DNA from: a virus
Direction: 5' to 3' (one strand)
DNA: 64,000 nucleotides
IMG/VR virus record: IMGVR_UViG_3300020424_000002
Location: 64,001-128,000 of that record
Translations under genes and position numbers: made by a program
Shown here: piece after piece, positions 56,823 to 64,000 of the stretch
Layout of the letters: each line of letters begins with the position of its first letter
Position numbering within the stretch: position 1 is the stretch's first letter
The notes under the pieces: model-generated
Told to the model about the DNA's origin: nothing
What the model saw: the letters and a program-made list of their open reading frames with translations, nothing else
The model's database searches: none

Positions 56823-57040
56823 GAATACCCCATATTTAATAAATCTTTTTGTTCTTCGATTGCTTTATCAATATCTATTTTTTTAACAGATATCATTGCA
56901 CCATTAGTATTAGTCACTTCAACAGAATCATCTTCAATATTAAAAGTTACTGAATGACCTTCATTATGAAGTGTTCCTTTAAACACCATGTTTGGATGTT
57001 CTCTACATTTTAATGTTTCATGGAATTGTTTTTTATTCAT
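56813..57040 (-). CDS. Hypothetical protein
   Basis: GGAG SD. Confidence 0.6.
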   Translation of the reverse strand: MNKKQFHETLKCREHPNMVFKGTLHNEGHSVTFNIEDDSVEVTNTNGAMISVKKIDIDKAIEEQKDLLNMGYSWI

Positions 57041-57145
57041 ATTCTACTCCAAAAACTGGTGGGATGGAGAACAGTTATACAAACAAAAGCTGTAATAAAA
57101 GTGTTCTTTTTTGTAATGGTCGTTCTCCTGTCCCATACCCGAGCC

Positions 57146-57361
57146 TTAGCCCCTATTATTAAAATAATTTCTTATTATGTAAACTCTAGTATATGCAACT
57201 AAAGTAATGATACCTGTAACAACTGTACCGATTAAAAAAGTATTACTCCATGCAAATACATCTATAAAAAGAAACAACAAAAATACATTAAGAGGGTAGT
57301 TTATAATTAAACCAGTTCCTACTGTAGTTGCAGTTTCTTTATGAATTTCTCTGTTAATCAT
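57146..57361 (-). CDS. Small two-TM membrane protein
   Basis: E....V.TG..IN...R.Y..R..F pattern. Confidence 0.65.
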   Translation of the reverse strand: MINREIHKETATTVGTGLIINYPLNVFLLFLFIDVFAWSNTFLIGTVVTGIITLVAYTRVYIIRNYFNNRG

Positions 57362-57642
57362 GCTGTTCCTTTTTGATATGCATCAATTAAATCGTCACCA
57401 GTTTTTCTAATTCCAAAGGTGCAAATTTCTTTACCATTCCTTTCCCTAACAATGAGTCCACTGTTATATTCTGTATCAGTAACATATCCATTCTTTTCAA
57501 TATCTGCTTTTGTTTCAGCAGTTTCATAATACATAGATGTTAGTGAATGTGTATGAACAGATTTAATACCATCTGCCCACTCTTCTGCTTCTAATAAGAT
57601 TCTTTGTCTTTGCACCCTATAATCATATTCACCCATTGTCAA
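57358..57642 (-). CDS. Hypothetical protein
   Basis: Overlapping operon ORF. Confidence 0.6.
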   Translation of the reverse strand: MTMGEYDYRVQRQRILLEAEEWADGIKSVHTHSLTSMYYETAETKADIEKNGYVTDTEYNSGLIVRERNGKEICTFGIRKTGDDLIDAYQKGTA

Positions 57643-57800
57643 AACTCCTTATCCTTGCTGGGATAACTTTATTCCAATTACAATCATCACAAACTCTAGC
57701 ATTGATATCTTCAAGAATTGGTTGTGGATTATTTCCATGACCCTCATATGACCCTGTGCATAAAGCACAAGGTCGAGGAGAACTAGATGACTCTAGTGAG
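57629..57800 (-). CDS. Small Zn-binding protein (start uncertain, downstream of track start)
   Basis: CALC...GNNP.P......CDDCN...VIPAR. Confidence 0.6.
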
Positions 57801-57803
57801 GTC

Positions 57804-58982
57804 TTAGATTGTAAAGTCATCTTTGACATTCTCCTCTTCAAACTTTTCAAAGTGTTCTTCTTGAACATTGACTCCTTCATCAACCTTAGTGTAAAGGTCA
57901 AGGAAGGATGCTTTGGTGTCTTCATCGAATCTTGCAAGACACACCTCAATGGACTTCAACTTGTCGTTGAACATTGAGTATGCTTTTGCAATGTGAACTA
58001 ATCTTCTAGTTGATATCACTTCATCAACTGCACCTTCGTAGAAGGACTTTCTAATGACATCTGCCCAGTCAACAAGTTTGTTTGCAAACTCATCATCGTT
58101 GACACCAAGGATTGCAAAGTCACCTTTGACAATTTTCTTCTCAGTAGTCACTGGTGGATATTCTTGTTCAAGACATATTGCAAACCTTTCAAGGAATGCT
58201 TCGTTCAAGATGTTAGTTCCAATGAATCTACCATCCTCAGAACCTTTACCTTTAGTGTTTGCAGTTGCAACCACTGTGAACCCATCTGCTGGTTTTACAA
58301 ACTCACCAGTTTTCTTGATTAAGTAACCACCACCTTCTAGGATGGATTGTAAACACATAATCTTGTTTGATGCAAGGTCAACCTCATCAAGAAGTAACAC
58401 TGCACCTTTTCTCATTGCTTTAAGAACAGGGCCTTCTTTGAAAACAATGTTACCATTGATTAGAGTATTTGAACCAATCAAATCATCCTCATCTGTCTCG
58501 ATGGTGATGTTAACTCTGAATAACTCCTTCTTGAGTTTTGCACAAATTTGTTCGACCATCAAAGTCTTACCATTACCACTGAGACCAGTAATAAACACTG
58601 GAAAGAAAACTCCAGATTTAAGAATTGACTTAAGGTCTTTGAAGTGACCAAAAGGAACATAGTTATCCATCACTGTAGGAATAACTGAAATATTCTCATC
58701 GAGAACATTCACACCAACAGTAGATGTTGGAACTGGAACTGTCTCAACAGTTTGAACAGCTTGCACTGGAGCTGGTTGAGTATAATTCTCTGGAACTACA
58801 GATTCAATGGAATATGTACCATAACCTGCTTTGAATTGTGGATTTCTAAATAACCACGATGGTTTAGGAATACCTGCTGTAGCACAGATTTTCTTTACTG
58901 TGGATTTTGAAAACTCCACTTGATTAGGAAACTGTTCTGCAGCTGCATCAAGAAACCTATAATGATTTGCATTTAAATTCAT
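57804..58982 (-). CDS. MoxR/CobS-like AAA+ ATPase
   Basis: GLSGNGKT, LLDEVD, TANTKG.G, LERF, ISTRRL. Confidence 0.92.
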   Translation of the reverse strand: MNLNANHYRFLDAAAEQFPNQVEFSKSTVKKICATAGIPKPSWLFRNPQFKAGYGTYSIESVVPENYTQPAPVQAVQTVETVPVPTSTVGVNVLDENISVIPTVMDNYVPFGHFKDLKSILKSGVFFPVFITGLSGNGKTLMVEQICAKLKKELFRVNITIETDEDDLIGSNTLINGNIVFKEGPVLKAMRKGAVLLLDEVDLASNKIMCLQSILEGGGYLIKKTGEFVKPADGFTVVATANTKGKGSEDGRFIGTNILNEAFLERFAICLEQEYPPVTTEKKIVKGDFAILGVNDDEFANKLVDWADVIRKSFYEGAVDEVISTRRLVHIAKAYSMFNDKLKSIEVCLARFDEDTKASFLDLYTKVDEGVNVQEEHFEKFEEENVKDDFTI

Positions 58983-59023
58983 AATTTATACCTCACTATT
59001 TTTGAATTTTTTACCATATGTGT

Positions 59024-59053
59024 ATTATACTAAAAAGTGTACCCATCATGCAA
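59024..59053 (-). promoter_or_regulatory. Class A promoter
   Basis: TTGCAT-gatGGGTACActttttag-TATAAT. Confidence 0.8.
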
Positions 59054-61367
59054 CCTTCTTAACGAAGTGTTGAAGAATTTTTCTTTGGGACATTTTGTTG
59101 TTACCCATTCTTTTCATTGCACCCTTCAATGCTTGTTTACTTGCACCAGCTTGTACATCTAAAGTGTCATCTTCTGATACTATACCCATTTTTCTTTTGT
59201 TTAGAATGTAGAACTCTTTGTATCCACTTTTCTCAGTAGTTGGAACTGAGTATCCACCTTCTTTTCTGAATACTTTGTATCCATCTTGTTTTGTATCCCA
59301 GTCTTGATACTCACCACTAAACATGTCAACTGCACTATCGAAGTCTCTGTGAGAGTTCTTACAAATAAAGAACCCAACAGTATCAACACCAGTAGTTTGT
59401 TCAATCCATTTTAGAAGATTATCTGTACCTCTTCTACTACCTTTTTTACAATATGCATAGGTGTTTTTAGTTCTTCTATCGTGGAAGAATTTATCATCAC
59501 TGTATGGAAAACAACCTAGTTGAAAACTTTGACCATCGGTAAGAGTCACAAATTGTAGTTTGTCAATTCCATAGTTGTGTTTGAAATCTGCAATGTAGTC
59601 TCTGATTACCATCAATGAATCGTCAAGTGGTGTGCCACCTAAAGAATAGTCGTAATTTTGACCATAATCTGCTTGGAATCTGTCACCTTTACCAGCACCA
59701 TGGTAGTAATAACTTCTTCCATTACACATTGATTCAAGTTGTGCATTCATAACTACTGCACCCTCAAAGAAATCTTTTTTGTTCATCTTGTCAGAGAATA
59801 ACTCGATAAGTTTGAAGGAAGTCTTAGGATGAAACTTGTATCTATCATATTCTTTTTTTGCAATTAGTTCTCCTAATTCTTGTTCAGCAGCATTATATCC
59901 AGCACCTCTATATGCATCAGTAAATGCATAGACTCTGTGGGGAATACCAACTCTTCTACAGAACATTGTAAGAACTATTGTTTGTTCATAAGTCTCTCTG
60001 ATTACATCGTACATAGACCCAGACCAGTCAACCAACATGATAACACCATGGTTTTTACCATCAGGAATTACAGTTGCTCTTTTGAATATATCATCTTTGA
60101 GTAAATACTGGTGGATTCTTGACATATCAATTTCACCAGTTTTTGCAGACATTGACTTCTTGTATGCATCTGCAGCTTTTCTCATATCAAATTCTTTTGC
60201 CATGTAGTTGATTATGTTCTTATTGAAGTCAAAGAACTTTTGAGTATACTCTCTAGAGTTTGCAAGAGTATCACAATATTCAGATTTTTCTTTTGTAAAT
60301 GAACTAGTAATTTCACTCATCACTCTTTTGTAAGGAAGAACTAAATCTTTGAATTTGATTTCTTTAGAATTGAACTCTATGTAAGCAGGTTCTCTTTCCC
60401 AATTATCCAAATCTTTGTGAAGTTTGTCTTCGTTGTTTCTGAAATTCTTATCAGTGATAGACTCATTAGGTTTGTCTTCTGCATTACCACTTTGACCACC
60501 TTCACCTTCACCACCTTTTAGATTTCTACCTTTTTCTTCTTCACCTTCACCAAGTTCTTCTGATTCGTTCTCACCTTCTGCATCTTCATCGTCAGATTGT
60601 TCACCACCTTTTGTACTATCTTCTTCACCCTTTTCCTCAGACTCTTCTTCTGATTCCATGTCACCACCAATTGAATCTTCTGCATCACCTTCTTGTTCTT
60701 GTTCATCGAAGTCTTGAGGCATTGAATCACCATCACCTTCTGAGGTTTCTACACTTTGTGCAGAAGTATCTGTTTGTGGTTGTAAATCTTCTAACTTAGA
60801 TAACTCATAAAGATAGTCTGCCATCTTGACAACTTTTTCCCAAGTATCCATTTTAGTATCCATCATGGTTACAAGTTTTTGTTCCTCTGGAGAGAACTCA
60901 ACCATAAGTTTGTGACCAATTTTGAAATAAAGATTAATTCTGTCTATGAATGCAAGTTTGTTTACATCATAGTTTTTGACCCCAAAGAAATCAAGGTCGA
61001 CATGTAATTCTTTGTATGCATCGTAGAAGATTCTTCTAAGACCAGCATATTTGTTCTTGATATGTTTTTCTATTCTGATATCTTCTAAAACATTAAGATA
61101 TCCTTTGTAAGTTGCACCTTTTTCACATACTGCATCGTGCCATCCATCAGCTGGAGTAATAAGTGCATGACCAACTTCATGACCCATGAATAAGTCATAT
61201 AGTTGATTAGACATATCGTCTTTAAGAATAGGACAAACTAATTTTCTAGTATCTGGTTCGAAATATGCAGTAGGAACTTTTTTATGTTCTATAATTAAAT
61301 CCTCAGTTGCAAGTAATCTTGCAAGTGAGTCTTTTCTTGTTCTAAGTATTTCTGTATTCGACCTCAT
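59046..61367 (-). CDS. CobT-like protein: N-terminal metallopeptidase, acidic linker, VWA domain
   Basis: HEVGHA, N..ED.RIE, DWSGSM, GTPL, LTDG; start reassigned to MRSN. Confidence 0.88.
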   Translation of the reverse strand: MRSNTEILRTRKDSLARLLATEDLIIEHKKVPTAYFEPDTRKLVCPILKDDMSNQLYDLFMGHEVGHALITPADGWHDAVCEKGATYKGYLNVLEDIRIEKHIKNKYAGLRRIFYDAYKELHVDLDFFGVKNYDVNKLAFIDRINLYFKIGHKLMVEFSPEEQKLVTMMDTKMDTWEKVVKMADYLYELSKLEDLQPQTDTSAQSVETSEGDGDSMPQDFDEQEQEGDAEDSIGGDMESEEESEEKGEEDSTKGGEQSDDEDAEGENESEELGEGEEEKGRNLKGGEGEGGQSGNAEDKPNESITDKNFRNNEDKLHKDLDNWEREPAYIEFNSKEIKFKDLVLPYKRVMSEITSSFTKEKSEYCDTLANSREYTQKFFDFNKNIINYMAKEFDMRKAADAYKKSMSAKTGEIDMSRIHQYLLKDDIFKRATVIPDGKNHGVIMLVDWSGSMYDVIRETYEQTIVLTMFCRRVGIPHRVYAFTDAYRGAGYNAAEQELGELIAKKEYDRYKFHPKTSFKLIELFSDKMNKKDFFEGAVVMNAQLESMCNGRSYYYHGAGKGDRFQADYGQNYDYSLGGTPLDDSLMVIRDYIADFKHNYGIDKLQFVTLTDGQSFQLGCFPYSDDKFFHDRRTKNTYAYCKKGSRRGTDNLLKWIEQTTGVDTVGFFICKNSHRDFDSAVDMFSGEYQDWDTKQDGYKVFRKEGGYSVPTTEKSGYKEFYILNKRKMGIVSEDDTLDVQAGASKQALKGAMKRMGNNKMSQRKILQHFVKKVA

Positions 61368-61373
61368 GTAAGT

Positions 61374-61403
61374 ATTATATGAAAAAATGTACCTATAAGT
61401 CAA
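61374..61403 (-). promoter_or_regulatory. Class A promoter
   Basis: TTGACT-tatAGGTACAttttttca-TATAAT. Confidence 0.85.
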
Positions 61404-61478
61404 TGGCGGTCTCTAGGAGAATCGAACTCCTCTCTCTGCCGTGACAAGGCAGTATTCTTACCGATGAACTAAGAGACC
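61404..61478 (-). tRNA. tRNA-Asp (GUC)
   Basis: GGTCTCT...CTGCC-TTGTCAC-GGCAG...GTTCGATTC...AGAGACC-G-CCA. Confidence 0.95.
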
Positions 61479-61489
61479 ATCATTATTTA

Positions 61490-61770
61490 GTAGAATTATC
61501 TCCATTTGTTCTAGGGTAACACCCTATTCTATCACCGAGTCCTTCTAGTGAGGCCTTACCTCAATTTTATCTAGGTCAATAGGCAGTGACCATAATGTGA
61601 CTTCGTTTTAACCCAATCCCACCACTACTAATGGATTTCATGGAATCATTTCAAACTATGGGGATATCTGCTGGAGTCTTGTCATTTTACAGATTTTAAA
61701 CGATATCCTCACTTCGTTTTTTCTCCTCTCAACCAACCTACCAACACAACGAGGAGTTCAATCACACGAT
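61490..61770 (-). ncRNA. Candidate ~280-nt multi-hairpin ncRNA
   Basis: No ORF; own promoter; at least five hairpins; repeated AAAACGAAGT. Confidence 0.55.
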
Positions 61771-61775
61771 AGAAT

Positions 61776-61805
61776 ATTATATGAAATTATGTACCTATGA
61801 GTCAA
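61776..61805 (-). promoter_or_regulatory. Class A promoter
   Basis: TTGACT-catAGGTACAtaatttca-TATAAT. Confidence 0.85.
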
Positions 61806-62598
61806 TTTTTTCTATATTAAAATAGTTTGCCCACCACTGTCTAACTGGTTCAGATGATGCTGTAGTATTAGTTGTTGATGGGTCTGGATTAGGTATTAAA
61901 TCTCTCCATCCACCTTCTTTATTAGTACCTTGCGTACCATGGGATTGTAGTTCCATTTCTTCTGCTTGAGTTGTATACCATATTGGTGCAGTATACCTAT
62001 CTTCTCTAGTTCCATCTACATTTGCTGGTTTGACACCATGAAAATGTTTCATACTTTCAAATATTACACATGTTCCTTGTTCTGGTTTTAAAACTGTACC
62101 ATCTTCAAAATATGTCTCACCACCTTCAAAGTTGTCGTTAAGATACAAGATAGATGCAAAATCTGTAAATGGAACTACATTAATAACATCCTCTTCATTC
62201 TCCATAAACTCTAAAGGAGTTCCTTTTCTTGTTTCTATTGGAACTTCATATAATGGTTTTGCCATGACATCAATATGCATTTCTTGACCTTTACCAGATG
62301 GCCACCACATAAGTTCTGATTGTTCTGGATATGCTCTTTGACCATAGACTTTCCAGATTTCTGATATTGCTTTGTATTGATATTCTGCAAGGATTCTTTT
62401 GACTTCTAAATTACGAATACTGACCATAGGTATCCTACGACCATTGTATTGTTCAGCTGCATCATCGTGTGTAACTAGATTAAAATTAATCTTGTGATAC
62501 TGTATCAGTTTCTTGCACTGTTCCTTCGTCAGGCAGTTTGGGATTGTTGCGATAATGTTCTCTGGCAATTTGTATAAATTGTTCTCTTGCTCTTGCAT
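61795..62598 (-). CDS. 2OG-Fe(II) oxygenase (prolyl hydroxylase-like)
   Basis: HID, ILYLNDNFEGGET.F, HGV, RYT. Confidence 0.85.
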   Translation of the reverse strand: MQEQENNLYKLPENIIATIPNCLTKEQCKKLIQYHKINFNLVTHDDAAEQYNGRRIPMVSIRNLEVKRILAEYQYKAISEIWKVYGQRAYPEQSELMWWPSGKGQEMHIDVMAKPLYEVPIETRKGTPLEFMENEEDVINVVPFTDFASILYLNDNFEGGETYFEDGTVLKPEQGTCVIFESMKHFHGVKPANVDGTREDRYTAPIWYTTQAEEMELQSHGTQGTNKEGGWRDLIPNPDPSTTNTTASSEPVRQWWANYFNIEKIDS

Positions 62599-63097
62599 AT
62601 TGCTTTTCTCTTTTCTGTTTCTTTTTCATTGCTCTTTCTAATTTTAATCTAGAAAGATAATCTATAAACAGAACACCTTGTAAGTGGTCATACTCATGTT
62701 GAAAACATCTACATGTCATACCACTAAATTCTAATTCTTTTAATTCTCCATGTTCATCTTGCCACCTTGCACGAATCCAACTAGGTCTGGAGATATGTGC
62801 AAAAATTCCATCACAGCCTGGAGTAAGACATCCTTCTTCCATTAATACAGTATCTTCTGATACTTCTAGTATCTCTGGATTTGCAATGAACATAGATTGT
62901 TCTTTGTTTGCACCTTTCATTACAAATACTGAACAGTCATACCCAACTTGATTTGCAGATAATCCTACACCACCATTATCAAACATTTCATCTATTAATT
63001 CATTTCTTAATTCAATAGGGTCTTTAAGTGGTTTATCAAAATCAAAAAATTTTGTTTTAGTTCTTAATAGTGGATGGTCTTTATGTAATAGTTTCAT
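62486..63097 (-). CDS. def: Peptide deformylase
   Basis: GVGLSANQVG, EGCL, QHEYDHL.G. Confidence 0.93.
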   Translation of the reverse strand: MKLLHKDHPLLRTKTKFFDFDKPLKDPIELRNELIDEMFDNGGVGLSANQVGYDCSVFVMKGANKEQSMFIANPEILEVSEDTVLMEEGCLTPGCDGIFAHISRPSWIRARWQDEHGELKELEFSGMTCRCFQHEYDHLQGVLFIDYLSRLKLERAMKKKQKREKQYARAREQFIQIAREHYRNNPKLPDEGTVQETDTVSQD

Positions 63098-63729
63098 GGT
63101 GCAATGTGTCTAAAATTGTTGTTTAAATCTATCCATTCATACCAACCAGTGACAACATATTTAGTTTCACTAATTGGTGGATTTCCTCTATGGATATGTG
63201 TATAGTGTGCAGGCCACACTAAGAAATCACCCTTTTTTGGTGGATATCTTAATTTTTGATTCAAAAATTCTGTTTCTCCACCCTCTTCAATATCATTAAG
63301 ATACAACATCCATGCAAGGACTCTTGTAGAATTACTAGGTGATTGTTCACAATGCCACACATGATATCCTTCGCCTGGTTGAGTTTTTTGTATTTTACAA
63401 TCAATTGCCATTGGTCTATCAAAGCCTGGATACTCTTTCATGTAACATTCTAAGATATCACCATTTATATACTTTAAAAAATCATGAAATTTATCATCAC
63501 CCATTATTTCATCATCTTTACTTGGTACAGCTGGTTGCATATGATTAAAACAAGTAGAGGTGTCAGCTTTTTGCAATTTAGTACCATCATCATTTTCTTG
63601 TCTTGTACCAACTGCTCTTACTGATTCACAAAACTTATAGTAGTTTATAAAGTCTTCTATGTGTTCTGGTTTAAACCAATTTTGAAAATGACCGATGAAA
63701 TCAGTATATTCTACTTTTCGTTCTTCCAT
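63094..63729 (-). CDS. 2OG-Fe(II) oxygenase
   Basis: GYHVWHCE, MLYLND..EGGETEF, WPA..TH.HRGNPP, KY..TGW. Confidence 0.88.
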   Translation of the reverse strand: MEERKVEYTDFIGHFQNWFKPEHIEDFINYYKFCESVRAVGTRQENDDGTKLQKADTSTCFNHMQPAVPSKDDEIMGDDKFHDFLKYINGDILECYMKEYPGFDRPMAIDCKIQKTQPGEGYHVWHCEQSPSNSTRVLAWMLYLNDIEEGGETEFLNQKLRYPPKKGDFLVWPAHYTHIHRGNPPISETKYVVTGWYEWIDLNNNFRHIAP

Positions 63730-64000
63730 ACTTCACTCCAAACCCTATCAAACTTGTTGGGGTCTTCATAATATTCATTCACATTACTCACTGGTTGTGG
63801 TATTTTTCTCGTAACTAATTTATCCATATTAACTTTTTTAGTTGTATCTAATCCTACAGTTTCAATAATAGATTGTGGATTACTAACTAGGTCTTCATAT
63901 GCAATCCATCCATCTGTAACTGGTATTGAATTGATTATGTATCTTTCTATAGATTCTTTGAAGTCTTCTATGTTTTTTCTTATTACTTCAATCCTACCAA
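63711..64000 (-). CDS. 3' end of a probable sulfotransferase-fold protein (partial)
   Basis: Manual translation includes WIAYEDLVSNPQSIIETVGL (YEDL..P motif). Confidence 0.5.
   Translation of the reverse strand, partial: GRIEVIRKNIEDFKESIERYIINSIPVTDGWIAYEDLVSNPQSIIETVGLDTTKKVNMDKLVTRKIPQPVSNVNEYYEDPNKFDRVWSEVWKNEK

Noticed and set aside
57804-61367. CobS/CobT as cobalamin-synthesis AMGs
   Set aside because: This is a MoxR AAA+/VWA pair common in T4-like phages; no CobN or other cob genes are present.
261-63548. Numerous plus-strand ORFs in the track (e.g. 15387..15983, 27704..28345)
   Set aside because: They are antisense shadows of well-supported minus-strand genes, with no motifs or SD sites.
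1-64000. CRISPR array, integrase/transposase or stop-codon reassignment
   Set aside because: No regularly spaced repeats or recombinase motifs were seen; core genes are full-length in the standard code.

Overview
A 64-kb, AT-rich (roughly one-third GC by eye) segment of a T4-like myovirus genome, with genes almost all on the minus strand. The host is probably a marine or aquatic proteobacterial heterotroph; this is inferred from AOX, cytochrome c, IscA, ACP, peptide deformylase and a sigma32/ROSE-type hsp20. Core genes: nrdA/nrdB/glutaredoxin, primase gp61, helicase gp41, UvsX, DNA polymerase gp43, clamp gp45, clamp loader gp44/gp62, RegA, lysozyme, spanins, a CobS/CobT-like AAA/VWA pair and two tRNAs (Ala-UGC, Asp-GUC). 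Main points of interest: (1) a C5-MTase + TET/JBP dioxygenase + ParB-like + P-loop kinase cassette lying between the clamp-loader genes, together with a codon-level footprint (every CCWGG seen overlaps a GpC; GATC and GGWCC were not seen), pointing to GpC-directed cytosine hypermodification, possibly via phosphorylated 5hmC; (2) an ~18-kb block of late genes with T4 internal-protein-like leaders and modular, protease-site-punctuated polyproteins carrying enzyme domains; (3) a late curli (CsgF/CsgG/curlin)-FecR-CHASE2 cyclase operon; (4) two spacer-length promoter classes, one with an invariant RGGTACA box; (5) several structured non-coding RNAs, a ROSE thermometer, a Pho-box array, and an AOX stop codon lying inside tRNA-Ala. 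All calls come from motif reading by eye; no database searches were run.
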